Shown here one piece after another: positions 1 to 9,210 of a stretch of 28,657 bases of DNA. The position numbers and the translations under genes are program-made. How positions within the stretch are numbered: position 1 is the stretch's first letter; each line of letters opens with the position of its first letter. Below the pieces are notes generated by a model, which saw only the letters and a program-made list of their open reading frames with translations, was not told the origin of the DNA and searched no databases. The DNA comes from a virus: the UHGV virus genome UHGV-0074437; one strand, 5' to 3'.

Positions 1-363
1 ATGAACGAATATCAGTTTGTGCTTCCGTACCCGCCATCGGTGAATACCTACTGGCGAAGACGAGGAAGCCAATATTACATTAGCGATAAAGGCCAGAAAT
101 ACAGAAAAGACGTTCAGCAAATCATCCGCCAACTTAAGTTAGACATTTTCACCAAATCACGACTCCGCATAAAAGTCATCGCAGACGTTCCAGACTCCCG
201 CCGCCGCGACCTCGATAACATCCTGAAAGGTTTACTCGACTCCCTTATCCACGCCGGATTTGCGGAAGACGACGAGCAATTCGATGACATTCGCGTAATT
301 CGTGGTGTGAAAGTAGCAGGCGGACGGCTTGGAATAAAAATCACCGAACTGGAGAACGCATGA
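1..363 (+). CDS. rusA: RusA-family Holliday junction resolvase (lambdoid nin-region gene)
   Basis: 120-aa ORF starting at window position 1; N-terminus MNEYQFVLPYPPSVNTYWRRRGS and acidic D-x-D-N / DD residues match the RusA endonuclease family as recalled; sits directly upstream of ninH and Q as in lambdoid phages. The true start could lie upstream of the window. Confidence 0.8.
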   Translation: MNEYQFVLPYPPSVNTYWRRRGSQYYISDKGQKYRKDVQQIIRQLKLDIFTKSRLRIKVIADVPDSRRRDLDNILKGLLDSLIHAGFAEDDEQFDDIRVIRGVKVAGGRLGIKITELENA

Positions 364-548
364 ACGCCACAATTCAAACGATACCAGAGCTGCTTATACA
401 GGCACGAGGCAATCAGACCGAAGTGGCGAGGATGCTTTCCTGCGCAAGAGGAACAGTGCTCAAGTACAACCGAGACAGCAAAGGTGAGCGTCACGTAATA
501 GTTAACGGCGTCCTGATGGTCAAACAGGGAAAGAGGGGAAGACGATGA
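360..548 (+). CDS. ninH: NinH-like small DNA-binding protein
   Basis: 62-aa ORF overlapping the rusA stop by 4 nt (ATGA); motif GNQTEVARMLSCARGTVLKY...HVIVNGVLMV resembles lambda NinH as recalled; position immediately before Q. Confidence 0.65.
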   Translation: MNATIQTIPELLIQARGNQTEVARMLSCARGTVLKYNRDSKGERHVIVNGVLMVKQGKRGRR

Positions 549-1168
549 GACTCGAAAGCGTAGCTAAATTTCATTCGCCAAAAAGCCCAATGATGAGCGA
601 CTCACCACGGGCTACGGCTTCTGACTCTCTTTCCGGTACTGATGTGATGGCTGCTATGGGGATGGCGCAATCACAAGCCGGATTCGGTATGGCTGCATTC
701 TGCGGTAAGCATGAACTCAGCCAGAACGACAAACAAAAGGCTATCAACTATCTGATGCAATTTGCACACAAGGTATCGGGGAAATACCGTGGTGTGGCAA
801 AGCTCGAAGGAAATACTAAGGCAAAGGTACTGCAAGTGCTCGCAACATTCGCTTATGCGGATTATTGCCGTAGTGCCGCGACGCCGGGTGCAAGATGCAG
901 AGATTGCCACGGTACAGGCCGTGCGGTTGATATAGCCAAAACAGAGCAGTGGGGGAGAGTTGTTGAGAAAGAGTGCGGAAGATGCAAAGGTGTCGGCTAT
1001 TCAAGAATGCCAGCAAGCGCCGCATATCGCGCTGTAACGATGCTAATCCCAAACCTTACTCAACCCACCTGGTCACGCACTGTTAAGCCGCTGTATGACG
1101 CTCTGGTGGTGCAATGCCACAAGGAAGAGTCAATCGCAGACAACATTTTGAATGCGGTCACACGTTAG
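545..1168 (+). CDS. Q: Late-gene antiterminator Q (lambda Q type)
   Basis: 207-aa ORF, 4-nt overlap with upstream gene; zinc-binding CxxC...CxxC pair (CRDCHG...CGRCKG); sequence appears essentially identical to lambda Q from memory; followed by a PR'-like promoter and terminator. Confidence 0.9.
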   Translation: MRLESVAKFHSPKSPMMSDSPRATASDSLSGTDVMAAMGMAQSQAGFGMAAFCGKHELSQNDKQKAINYLMQFAHKVSGKYRGVAKLEGNTKAKVLQVLATFAYADYCRSAATPGARCRDCHGTGRAVDIAKTEQWGRVVEKECGRCKGVGYSRMPASAAYRAVTMLIPNLTQPTWSRTVKPLYDALVVQCHKEESIADNILNAVTR

Positions 1169-1210
1169 CAGCATGATTGCCACGGATGGCAACATATTAA
1201 CGGCATGATA

Positions 1211-1250
1211 TTGACTTTTTGAATAAAGTTGGGTAAATTTGACTCAACGA
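1211..1250 (+). promoter_or_regulatory. Late promoter PR' with presumed qut region (-35 TTGACT 1211-1216, 17-nt spacer, -10 TAAATT 1234-1239)
   Basis: Near-consensus sigma70 hexamers with 17-nt spacing located 43 nt after the Q stop, where lambda PR'/qut lies; the surrounding sequence (TTGGGTAAATTTGACTCAACGATGG) resembles the lambda PR' region as recalled. Confidence 0.6.
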
Positions 1251-1272
1251 TGGATAAATGCACTCGTTAAAT

Positions 1273-1310
1273 AAAGCCCTGAGTTAATAGCTCGGGGCTT
1301 TTTGCGTTTT
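1273..1310 (+). terminator. Intrinsic terminator of the short PR' leader transcript (tR'-like)
   Basis: Hairpin AAAGCCCTGAG / CTCGGGGCTTT (8-bp GC-rich stem with one G-U pair, 7-nt loop) followed by TTTTTGCGTTTT, about 30-35 nt downstream of the predicted PR' start. Confidence 0.6.
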
Positions 1311-1530
1311 AATCACGACCTTTCTGAAAGCACATCAAACCAAATACCAGACAGACAAAAATAATCACCTTATCCGCTGTGGCTACGGTGCGGTGTGCTT
1401 TGCATAAAAGAAAACCAGCGCAATGGCTGGCTTCGTGAAAGCGGGTGGCAAGAGGTTGCGCTAACAACCTCCTGCCGTTTTGCCCTTATTCCTAATTAAA
1501 TAGAGCAAATCCCCTTATTGGGGGTAAGAC

Positions 1531-1854
1531 ATGAAGATGCCAGAAAAACATGACCTGTTAGCCGCCATTCTCGCGGCAAAGGAACAAGGCATCGGGGCAA
1601 TCCTTGCGTTTGCAATGGCGTACCTTCGCGGCAGATATAATGGCGGTGCGTTTACAAAAACACTAATCGACGCAACGATGTGCGCCATTATCGCCTGGTT
1701 CATTCGTGACCTTCTCGACTTCGCCGGACTAAGTAGCAATCTCGCTTATATAACGAGCGTGTTCATCGGCTACATCGGTACTGACTCGATTGGTTCGCTT
1801 ATCAAACGCTTCGCTGCTAAAAAAGCCGGAGTAGAAGATGGTGGAAATCAATAA
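1531..1854 (+). CDS. S: Class I holin (lambda S type) with MKM dual-start motif
   Basis: 107-aa ORF beginning [22 protein letters not shown], matching lambda S from memory; hydrophobic transmembrane segments; CCCC...GGGG stem just upstream of the start, as in the lambda sdi structure; 17-nt overlap with the endolysin gene. Confidence 0.93.
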   Translation: MKMPEKHDLLAAILAAKEQGIGAILAFAMAYLRGRYNGGAFTKTLIDATMCAIIAWFIRDLLDFAGLSSNLAYITSVFIGYIGTDSIGSLIKRFAAKKAGVEDGGNQ

Positions 1855-2314
1855 TCAACGTAAGGCGTTCCTCGATATGCTGGCGTGGTCAGAGGGAACT
1901 GATAACGGACGGCAGAAAACCAGAAATCATGGTTATGACGTCATTGTAGGCGGAGAGCTATTCACTGATTACTCCGATCACCCTCGCAAACTTGTCACGC
2001 TAAACCCAAAACTCAAATCAACAGCAGCCGGGCGCTATCAGCTTCTTTCCCGTTGGTGGGATGCCTACCGCAAGCAACTTGGCCTGAAAGACTTCTCTCC
2101 GAAAAGCCAGGACGCTGTTGCATTGCAGCAGATTAAGGAGCGTGGCGCTTTGCCGATGATTGATCGCGGTGATATTCGTCAGGCTATCGACCGTTGCAGC
2201 AATATCTGGGCTTCACTGCCGGGCGCTGGTTATGGCCAGTTCGAGCATAAGGCTGACAGCCTGATTGCAAAATTCAAAGAAGCTGGCGGAACGGTCAGAG
2301 AGATTGAGGTATGA
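1838..2314 (+). CDS. R: Endolysin, lytic transglycosylase (lambda R type)
   Basis: 158-aa ORF, sequence recalled as near-identical to lambda R ([39 protein letters not shown]...); canonical S-R-Rz order. Confidence 0.93.
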   Translation: MVEINNQRKAFLDMLAWSEGTDNGRQKTRNHGYDVIVGGELFTDYSDHPRKLVTLNPKLKSTAAGRYQLLSRWWDAYRKQLGLKDFSPKSQDAVALQQIKERGALPMIDRGDIRQAIDRCSNIWASLPGAGYGQFEHKADSLIAKFKEAGGTVREIEV

Positions 2315-2748
2315 GCAGAGTCACCGCGATTATCTACGCTCTGATTATCTGTATCATCGTCTGCCTGTCATGGGCTGTTAATCATTACCGTGATAACGCC
2401 ATCGCCTACAAAGAGCAGCGCGATAAGACCGCATCCATCATCGCTGACATGCAGAAGCGTCAACGTGATGTAGCAGAACTCGACGCCAGATACACAAAGG
2501 AGCTTGCTGATGCTAACGCGACTATCGAAAGTCTCCGTGCTGATGTTTCTGCTGGGCGTAAGCGCCTGCAAGTCGCCGCCACCTGTGCAAAGTCAACGAC
2601 CGGAGCCAGCAGCATGGGCGATGGAGAAAGCCCAAGACTTACAGCAGATGCTGAACTCAATTATTACCGTCTCCGAAGTGGAATCGACAGGATAACCGCG
2701 CAGGTTAACTACCTGCAGGAATACATCAGGACGCAATGCCTGAAATAA
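2311..2748 (+). CDS. Rz: Inner-membrane spanin Rz
   Basis: 145-aa ORF overlapping the R stop (ATGA); N-terminal transmembrane helix ([18 protein letters not shown]) followed by a charged, coiled-coil-like periplasmic domain; position after the endolysin. Confidence 0.88.
   Translation: MSRVTAIIYALIICIIVCLSWAVNHYRDNAIAYKEQRDKTASIIADMQKRQRDVAELDARYTKELADANATIESLRADVSAGRKRLQVAATCAKSTTGASSMGDGESPRLTADAELNYYRLRSGIDRITAQVNYLQEYIRTQCLK
2504..2695 (+). CDS. Rz1: Outer-membrane lipoprotein spanin Rz1, embedded in the +1 frame of Rz
   Basis: 63-aa ORF wholly inside Rz in another frame; signal peptide ending in lipobox-like VSAC, then a proline-rich mature region ([13 protein letters not shown]), the hallmark of Rz1. 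The exact start (2504 or a later ATG) is uncertain. Confidence 0.75.
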   Translation: MLMLTRLSKVSVLMFLLGVSACKSPPPVQSQRPEPAAWAMEKAQDLQQMLNSIITVSEVESTG

Positions 2749-2780
2749 TTTTTTTGCAAATCACAAAGTCCATTTAATGA

Positions 2781-2806
2781 GCCTCGCGATGCGGGGCTTT
2801 TTTATG
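2781..2806 (+). terminator. Candidate intrinsic terminator downstream of the lysis cassette
   Basis: GCCTCGC-GAT-GCGGGGC hairpin (7-bp stem with one G-U pair) followed by TTTTTTAT, 33 nt after the Rz stop. Confidence 0.5.
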
Positions 2807-2931
2807 CGCCTCGCACGCGCAATTCAAACCAAGAACCTTTCAGGATGAACCTTGAGGAACCGGCTGGCTGTCGGAGCCTTCTTGGGGCCGTATTCCTGTG
2901 CGACAAGGTTCATCACTAAAAGGTAACTCCG

Positions 2932-3483
2932 ATGAATGATATTTCTATCGAATATCTGAAAGAAGCACTGGAATACACACCAGATTCAGGTGTTATCCGT
3001 TGGAAGCAGCGCCCCAAAAATCATTTTAAGACCGATAATTCTTGGCGGGCGACCAATGCCAATTTTGCCGGAAAGGTGGCAGGCGCACGTGATAATGATG
3101 GATATTTCCGCATCGGAATAGATGGTCGGTTATATAGATCTCATCGTGTCGCCTGGGCGTTACATTATGGCTATTGGCCTGAGAATGAGATTGATCACAT
3201 TTCAGGCGATAGAGGTGATAACCGCATAGACAACCTCCGAACAGTGACTTCGGCAGCCAACAACAAGAATTTGCGCCTTTACTCCACTAATAAAACAGGT
3301 GTCCCTGGCGTAGGTTGGTATAAAGCACGTGGGAAGTGGAGAGCAAAGATAAACGTCTCTGGAAAGGTGAAGCATATTGGTTACTTCGATGATTTCTGTG
3401 AAGCGGTGAAAGCAAGAAAGGCTGCTGAGATGAAATTGCAATATCACGAAAATCACGGAGCCGGCGACAGGCTCACTTTCTAA
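2932..3483 (+). CDS. HNH homing-type endonuclease with a C-terminal AP2-like DNA-binding domain
   Basis: 183-aa ORF; HNH_3-like motif HRVAWALHYGYWPENEIDHISGDRGDNRIDNLR followed by an AP2-like segment GVPGVGWYKARGKWRAKINVSGKVKHIGYFDDFCEAVKARKAAE; RBS-like AAAGG upstream. Confidence 0.75.
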   Translation: MNDISIEYLKEALEYTPDSGVIRWKQRPKNHFKTDNSWRATNANFAGKVAGARDNDGYFRIGIDGRLYRSHRVAWALHYGYWPENEIDHISGDRGDNRIDNLRTVTSAANNKNLRLYSTNKTGVPGVGWYKARGKWRAKINVSGKVKHIGYFDDFCEAVKARKAAEMKLQYHENHGAGDRLTF

Positions 3484-3497
3484 AAGGTAAAGACGCA

Positions 3498-4016
3498 ATG
3501 AATCATCAATTGGCTAATCTCGATTTCCGGGACATGGTGGTTGTTTCTGGTGATCGCGTGATCACAACCTCCCGCAAGGTAGCAGCTTACTTCGACAAGC
3601 AGCATCACCACATCATTCAGAAAATCGAAAAGCTAGACTGTTCGGATGAATTTCTAACCAGCAACTTTTCGCGGGTTACCTATGAACACAAGGGTAATCA
3701 GTATGTTGAATATGAAATTTCCAAAGACGGCGCGATGTACATCATCATGTCGTTTACCGGCAAAAAAGCTGCCGCCATCAAAGAGGCGTTTATCAAAGCA
3801 TTTAATTGGATGCGTGACAGGCTGATGGAGATGGCTCACTCATACCAAAGAGAGCACAACGAGTTAATGCTGGAGTTCATGAAGGAAAAGGATGTTGCCA
3901 GTATGTCAGGACGCTTGCTGAACCGCTGGGGCAGGATCAAAAAACCGCAACTCATAGCAAGAATCGAAAGGCTTGAGCAGCAGGCGCAAATATCGATCCC
4001 CGGACTGCCAAAGTGA
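3498..4016 (+). CDS. Rha-family phage regulatory protein
   Basis: 172-aa ORF; N-terminal region (VVVSGDRVITTSRKVAAYFDKQHHHIIQKIEKL...YEISKDGAMYIIMSFTGKKAAAIKEAFIKAFNWM) fits the Phage_pRha family pattern as recalled; RBS AAAGG 6 nt upstream. Confidence 0.7.
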   Translation: MNHQLANLDFRDMVVVSGDRVITTSRKVAAYFDKQHHHIIQKIEKLDCSDEFLTSNFSRVTYEHKGNQYVEYEISKDGAMYIIMSFTGKKAAAIKEAFIKAFNWMRDRLMEMAHSYQREHNELMLEFMKEKDVASMSGRLLNRWGRIKKPQLIARIERLEQQAQISIPGLPK

Positions 4017-4249
4017 CCATTCCAAAGCCCAACGGTGATGTTCTCAGAAAAATCGAGCAGGTTAAGGATGATTGCTCGCGTGAGTTTAGCCAACGCAATT
4101 TTGCGTCGGCTTATTATATCGATGAGCAGACCAAAGAGTTCTTAGCCGAGCTGGAGAAAAACCACGAATCTGTGGTTTTTACTGAGCGCGGCGCCCAAGC
4201 CAGTTTTTTTTGCATTACGGCAGTACTTCGAAACAACCCAAGCCAGTAA
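4013..4249 (+). CDS. Hypothetical small protein (GTG start overlapping the Rha stop)
   Basis: 78-aa ORF with no in-frame ATG, so it would need the GTG at 4013 (GTGA overlap with the Rha stop); no recognisable motif. Confidence 0.3.
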   Translation: MTIPKPNGDVLRKIEQVKDDCSREFSQRNFASAYYIDEQTKEFLAELEKNHESVVFTERGAQASFFCITAVLRNNPSQ

Positions 4250-4446
4250 GTGGGGAAATAACACTGGCAGCCACTGAAAGATGAACCTCCAGCCTTATGG
4301 CAAAAAAGATTCTTTGTGGTGGCGGACTGATGGAAAGACATCGGTTATTGCAGAGGCCATTCAATGAGTGGTCTCGACAATGACTTATACCCTACACGGG
4401 ATAACTTAACTGATATCCCTTTTAACGGATAAACGGAGCATAAATA

Positions 4447-4944
4447 ATGGCAAAGCTCACCGACAAACAAGAGCTGTTTGCCCATCCGGATGATGTGTAT
4501 GTCGGAGAGTGTGTGATTTATACCGGCTACATAAATAAGCGAGGGTATGGGCAGAAGCACATTTCACGAAAGCCGCACTACGCACATCGAATCGCATACT
4601 GCGAAGCTAACGGAATTTCGCTAGATAGCATCAAGGACCTGGTTGTTAGGCATAAATGCGATAATCCATCATGCGTGAATCCTGACCATCTGATTATAGG
4701 TACTGTCGCTGACAATAATCGTGACAGGTCAAGGCGAGGCAGAAACTCATACCCTGACCGTTCAGGTGAAAAGAACGGAATGGCGAAATTAAAAGAGTGC
4801 GATGTCATCTGCATTCGACGTGAATATGTCCGCGGGAGCATTGGTAGGGGGCTTAGATCCTTATCAGAGAAATATGGCGTATCGACGACCATGATTGCTG
4901 ACATCGTTAATTATAGAAATTGGAGCAACGTTTCGGGGGTGTGA
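4447..4944 (+). CDS. HNH endonuclease (terminase-associated type)
   Basis: 165-aa ORF; motif HRIAYCEANG...RHKCDNPSCVNPDHLIIGTVADNNRD, typical of zinc-binding HNH endonucleases; located immediately upstream of the terminase small subunit, the usual position for HNH proteins that assist terminase cleavage. Confidence 0.8.
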   Translation: MAKLTDKQELFAHPDDVYVGECVIYTGYINKRGYGQKHISRKPHYAHRIAYCEANGISLDSIKDLVVRHKCDNPSCVNPDHLIIGTVADNNRDRSRRGRNSYPDRSGEKNGMAKLKECDVICIRREYVRGSIGRGLRSLSEKYGVSTTMIADIVNYRNWSNVSGV

Positions 4945-4945
4945 T

Positions 4946-5500
4946 TTGAAACAGCTCACACCTAAGCAGGAACTGTTCTGCCGGGAATATTTAAAAGATT
5001 TAAACGCCACTCAGGCAGCTATCAGGGCGGGTTACAGCGAGAAAACTGCTCGCGCCACTGGTAGCGAGAACCTGTCAAAACCTGACATAGCAGATCGCAT
5101 TGCTGAGCTAAAGGCTGAACGCAATGAAGAGGTAGGTATAGACGCTGCCTATGTATTGCGACGGCTGACTGAAATCGATCAGATGGACGTGCTTGACATT
5201 CTGCTTGCCAATGGCGAACTGAAGCCCATTAAAGACTGGCCTAAGGTATGGCGCACAACGCTATCAGGAATGGATGTCGTCGAGATGGCATCAGCAGATA
5301 GCGCCGCACTTCTGAAGAAAATCAAATGGCCTGACAAGGTTAAAAACCTCGAACTTCTTGGTAAGCATGTTTCTGTTCAGGCGTTTAAAGAGCAAACATC
5401 TACAGAAATAACTGGCGCTGATGGAGGACCAGTCAGAACAGAAATTACCAACTTAACGCCGGAGCAGGCTGCAGAAGCGTATAAAAAAATGATGGGCTAA
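4946..5500 (+). CDS. Terminase small subunit
   Basis: Open frame 4895-5500; likely TTG start at 4946 (GGGGG 7 nt upstream) giving an N-terminus [31 protein letters not shown], typical of the Terminase_2 / P27-family small subunit; directly followed by the large subunit. Start codon is inferred. Confidence 0.75.
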   Translation: MKQLTPKQELFCREYLKDLNATQAAIRAGYSEKTARATGSENLSKPDIADRIAELKAERNEEVGIDAAYVLRRLTEIDQMDVLDILLANGELKPIKDWPKVWRTTLSGMDVVEMASADSAALLKKIKWPDKVKNLELLGKHVSVQAFKEQTSTEITGADGGPVRTEITNLTPEQAAEAYKKMMG

Positions 5501-5502
5501 GT

Positions 5503-7125
5503 ATGCCGTTACCATTTCCCTTCGATTTTAAACATCCTGATTACCAGATGGTTTTTGAATGGCGGATGGAACGCCTACAGCGCATTCGCCAGAATCCTGA
5601 AATATTGCCTGCACTAAAACAGTTTTACCGAACCAACCCGGCTCAGTTCATCATCGACTGGGGCATGACAACGGACCCGCGTAATATTGATTATGGCCTG
5701 CCGGTGACCATTCCGTTTTTACTCTTCCCTAAGCAGGAGGAGTGGATCCACTGGATTATGGAGCGCTGGGGCAATCGGGAGAATGGTATTACCGAAAAAT
5801 CCCGTGAAATGGGACTCAGTTGGACCGCGATCGGACTGGCCTGCTCGCTTTGTCTCTTCAACAAAGAAATGGTTATCGGTTTCGGCTCCCGTAAAGAGGA
5901 ATACGTCGACAGCACCGGGGACCCGAAAGCATTGTTCTGGAAGGCGCGCAAGTTCGTGGAAACACTACCTGTAGAGTTTCGCGGTTCGTGGAGCGAGAAG
6001 AAGCACGCGCCATATATGCGTGTTGAGTTTCCCGATACTGGTGCCGTTATCAAAGGCGAGGCTGGCGACAATATCGGTCGTGGTGACCGTACCACGCTCT
6101 ACCTGGTGGATGAGGCTGCATTCCTCCAGCGTCCTCTGCTGATTGACGCGGCGCTGTCGCAAACCACCCGCTGCCGTATCGACCTGAGTTCGGTTAACGG
6201 CATGGCGAACCCGTTCGCGCAGAAGCGTCACGGCGGGAAGATACCGGTATTCACATTCCACTGGCGGGATGATCCTCGCAAGGATGAAGAGTGGTATCGC
6301 AGGGAATGCGAGAAAATCGATAATCCGGTGGTGGTGGCACAGGAACTTGATCTGAACTACAGCGCATCAGCGGAAGGCGTCCTGATTCCATCCGAATGGG
6401 TACAGGCTGCCGTTGATGCGCATATCAAACTTGGTATCCAGCCAACAGGCAAACGACTTGGCGCGATGGATGTCGCTGATGAAGGCAGGGACAAAAATGC
6501 ATTTTCCACCCGTCATGGCTTCCTCCTGGAAAATGTGCGGGAATGGTCCGGTGTGGGCAGCGACATTTATCAGTCCGTCGAGAAGGTCTTCGGTTTTTGC
6601 GAACAGGACAACCTCGAAGAGTTTCGCTTTGACGAGGACGGGCTGGGCGCTGGCGTTCGCGGCGATGCACGCGCTATCAACGAACTGCGTAACGCTGCGC
6701 GCCGACCGTCAATACTCGCCACACCGTTTCGAGGTAGTGGCGCGGTATTTGATCCGGATGATGAAGCTGTTCGCGGGGACAACGGGCAAGCCGCCCGCCT
6801 GAACAAGGACTTCTTCGCTAACGCCAAGGCCCAGAGCTGGTGGCGGTTACGTAAACTTTTTCAGAATACCTGGCGCGCCGTGGTTGAAGGTATGGCTTAC
6901 AACCCGGACGAAATCATCTCAATCAGCAGTGGCATGGCACTCAAAGATAAACTCATCATCGAGCTTTCGCAGCCGACCTATTCCATTAATGGTGTGGGAA
7001 AAATCGTTATTGATAAACAGCCTGACGGCACCAAGTCGCCGAACCTCGCCGACTCGGTGATGATCAGCTACGCGCCAATGAATTCAGCCCTGAACATCTG
7101 GGAGCTGCTAGGGAGACAGGCCTGA
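5503..7125 (+). CDS. Terminase large subunit
   Basis: 540-aa ORF starting 2 nt after the TerS stop; size, position, a candidate ATPase Walker-B-like segment ([11 protein letters not shown]) and C-terminal nuclease-like acidic residues consistent with TerL. Confidence 0.88.
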   Translation: MPLPFPFDFKHPDYQMVFEWRMERLQRIRQNPEILPALKQFYRTNPAQFIIDWGMTTDPRNIDYGLPVTIPFLLFPKQEEWIHWIMERWGNRENGITEKSREMGLSWTAIGLACSLCLFNKEMVIGFGSRKEEYVDSTGDPKALFWKARKFVETLPVEFRGSWSEKKHAPYMRVEFPDTGAVIKGEAGDNIGRGDRTTLYLVDEAAFLQRPLLIDAALSQTTRCRIDLSSVNGMANPFAQKRHGGKIPVFTFHWRDDPRKDEEWYRRECEKIDNPVVVAQELDLNYSASAEGVLIPSEWVQAAVDAHIKLGIQPTGKRLGAMDVADEGRDKNAFSTRHGFLLENVREWSGVGSDIYQSVEKVFGFCEQDNLEEFRFDEDGLGAGVRGDARAINELRNAARRPSILATPFRGSGAVFDPDDEAVRGDNGQAARLNKDFFANAKAQSWWRLRKLFQNTWRAVVEGMAYNPDEIISISSGMALKDKLIIELSQPTYSINGVGKIVIDKQPDGTKSPNLADSVMISYAPMNSALNIWELLGRQA

Positions 7126-8591
7126 TGGCACGAAACAAGCAAGCCTCTCAGCGAACGGCGCAGGCCACCGCTGATGGCTACGAGAACTTTGTCGCCCGCG
7201 TGGGGATGCAGACGCCTAACCAGCATTCAGCATCGACCTACCGGGCGAACTTCACCAGCCGCAACCGCATGCTGGTGGAATGGTCCTATCGTTCGTCCTG
7301 GATCATCGGCGAAGCGGTCGACGCTATCCCGGATGATATGACCCGCAAAGGCATTCGCATTACTTCGGAAATTGATGCAAAAGATCGCGGCATTCTCGAA
7401 TCACAACTTGATGAGTTGCAGATCTGGGATGCGCTGAACGACGTGCTGAAATGGTCTCGCCTCTACGGCGGCGCGGTCGGCTTCATCATGATCGAGGGGC
7501 AGGCACCAATGACCCCGCTGCGGCTCGAAACCATTGGAGAAGGCAAGTTTAAGGGCATTCTCCCGCTCGACCGCTGGATGATTAACCCGGTGCTGACACG
7601 CCGCATTAAAGAGATGGGGCCGGACCTCGGCAAGCCTGAGTTTTACGACGTGGTGACCACCGCAACGGGCATTCCGGCCTGGCGCATCCATCACAGCCGC
7701 CTGATCCGCTTCGACGGGGTGACGCTGCCATTCCAGCAGAAGATGACCGAAAACGAATGGGGAATGTCGGTTGTAGAGCGAATCTGGGATCGGCTTACTG
7801 CGTTCGACAGCGCCACTGTCGGCGCGGCGCAGCTGGTCTACAAAGCGCATTTGCGTACCTACAGCGTGGAGAAGCTACGCGAGCTTATCGCACTTGGTGG
7901 TCCTGCGTATGAAGCGCTGCTGAAGAACATCGACCTGATCCGCCAGTTCCAGAGCAATGAAGGCATGACGCTCATGGACTCGCGGGATAAGTTCGAAACC
8001 CACCAGTACAGCTTCAGCGGTCTGGATGACATTCTTTCGCAGTTCGCTGAGCAGATCAGCGGTGCCGTTGGTATCCCGCTGGTGCGACTGTTCGGTCAAT
8101 CCCCGAAAGGCTTCTCTACTGGTGACGCAGACCTCGCCAACTATTACGACCGGGTGAGCTCATTGCAGGAACGCCGCTTACGGATGCCGATGCGCCGGAT
8201 ACTGGACATTATGCACCGCTCGGAACTCGGTAAGCCGCTGCCGGACGATTTCACGTTTGAGTTTAACCCGCTCTGGCAAATGTCTGATGTCGATCGCTCA
8301 ACGGTGGCGTTAAACACTACCAACGCAATCAGTACGGCGCTGGGTGATGGTCTGATGACACTGAAAGCCGCTATGACCGATTTGCGCGAAAATTCTGACG
8401 TAACCGGCATCGGGGCGTCCATTACCGACGAGGACATAGAGAATGCCGAAGACGAAGCGCCGCCAGGCATCGGCGAACTTGGCGACAAACCGCCAGAGTC
8501 GCCAGGCGGAGATCCGATATCGAACGAGCCTACGGCAGATAGCGCGGGCGGTCGGGGATATCGTAAATGGTCGCTACGATGGTTCAAATGA
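7125..8591 (+). CDS. Portal protein
   Basis: 488-aa ORF overlapping the TerL stop by 1 nt (TGATG); size and position after TerL; acidic C-terminal tail; sequence resembles the DUF1073-type portal family as recalled. Confidence 0.82.
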   Translation: MARNKQASQRTAQATADGYENFVARVGMQTPNQHSASTYRANFTSRNRMLVEWSYRSSWIIGEAVDAIPDDMTRKGIRITSEIDAKDRGILESQLDELQIWDALNDVLKWSRLYGGAVGFIMIEGQAPMTPLRLETIGEGKFKGILPLDRWMINPVLTRRIKEMGPDLGKPEFYDVVTTATGIPAWRIHHSRLIRFDGVTLPFQQKMTENEWGMSVVERIWDRLTAFDSATVGAAQLVYKAHLRTYSVEKLRELIALGGPAYEALLKNIDLIRQFQSNEGMTLMDSRDKFETHQYSFSGLDDILSQFAEQISGAVGIPLVRLFGQSPKGFSTGDADLANYYDRVSSLQERRLRMPMRRILDIMHRSELGKPLPDDFTFEFNPLWQMSDVDRSTVALNTTNAISTALGDGLMTLKAAMTDLRENSDVTGIGASITDEDIENAEDEAPPGIGELGDKPPESPGGDPISNEPTADSAGGRGYRKWSLRWFK

Positions 8592-9210
8592 CAGTGTCAC
8601 CGAAATAATGGATGCGCTGGAGCGCTACAGCGAAATCATCACCCCCTGGGCGACGAAGGTTGCTGAGAACTTTACCGCCGACATTGCGCGCCAGAATGAA
8701 AAGCAGTGGCGTCAGCACAGCAGGAACATCAGCGCAGAGCTGCGCAACATGGTCGACCGCGCCCCGGTAGGCCAGGTGATGAAATCCATCGTCGCCGAGC
8801 AAATTAAGTACATCAAGTCACTGCCTCTTGAGGCCGCCGATCGGGTGTATGACATTCAGAACAAGGCCATCGAGGCCGTTGTGTCTGGTGGCCGCGCTGA
8901 GCCATTCGCGAAAGAGATAGCTGCGTCCGGTGACGTGTCACGCTCACGAGCGAACCTTATCGCCCGTACCGAGCTTGGACGCGCAACCGGCGCGCTCGAT
9001 CAGGCGCGTGCGCTGTCAATCGGCTCGAATGGTTATATCTGGCGTACAGCCGAAGATGGCGACGTCCGGCATTCTCATCGGGAGATGGAAGGTAAGTTTG
9101 TCGAATGGGGCAAACCTCCAACGCTTGATGGCATGACCGGTCACGCTGGCGAGCTCCCGAACTGCCGCTGTTACAAAGAAATCGTTTTTAATGAAGGTGT
9201 ATTCAAATGA
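8443..9210 (+). CDS. Head morphogenesis protein (Mu F / SPP1 gp7-like)
   Basis: 255-aa ORF; C-terminal region [47 protein letters not shown] fits the Phage_Mu_F family pattern; GAGGA RBS 7 nt before the ATG at 8443. That start implies a 149-nt overlap with the portal gene; an alternative in-frame ATG at 8608 lies just past the portal stop, so the start is uncertain. Confidence 0.7.
   Translation: MPKTKRRQASANLATNRQSRQAEIRYRTSLRQIARAVGDIVNGRYDGSNDSVTEIMDALERYSEIITPWATKVAENFTADIARQNEKQWRQHSRNISAELRNMVDRAPVGQVMKSIVAEQIKYIKSLPLEAADRVYDIQNKAIEAVVSGGRAEPFAKEIAASGDVSRSRANLIARTELGRATGALDQARALSIGSNGYIWRTAEDGDVRHSHREMEGKFVEWGKPPTLDGMTGHAGELPNCRCYKEIVFNEGVFK

Noticed and set aside
1310-1530. Inverted repeats between tR' and the holin start (for example GAGGTTG...CAACCTC at about 1462-1481) as additional terminators or a regulatory RNA
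   Set aside because: They lie in the 5' leader of S, where lambda has translational control structures (sdi); not followed by a convincing T-tract, so not called as separate features.
4250-4446. 197-nt gap before the second HNH gene as a possible promoter or small gene
   Set aside because: No convincing -35/-10 pair or ORF found by eye; the antisense ORFs from the track (4114-4341, 4345-4560) lack RBS and motifs.
5691-6261. Minus-strand ORFs of 134 and 98 aa inside the terminase large subunit gene
   Set aside because: Antisense shadow ORFs inside a well-supported GC-rich coding region; no RBS or recognisable motifs.
6413-6827. Overlapping ORFs on both strands (129, 81 and 85 aa) inside the TerL 3' half
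   Set aside because: Alternative-frame artefacts; Arg/Ser/Pro-rich translations typical of out-of-frame GC-rich DNA.
7401-8587. Minus-strand ORFs (149, 74 and 147 aa) inside the portal gene
   Set aside because: Antisense to a strongly supported structural gene; low-complexity translations.
8443-8607. The 149-nt overlap between portal and Mu-F-like ORFs as a possible fused or frameshifted gene
   Set aside because: No slippery heptamer seen in the overlap; more simply explained by start-site ambiguity (ATG 8443 with GAGGA RBS versus ATG 8608). Left as an uncertain start rather than a frameshift claim.
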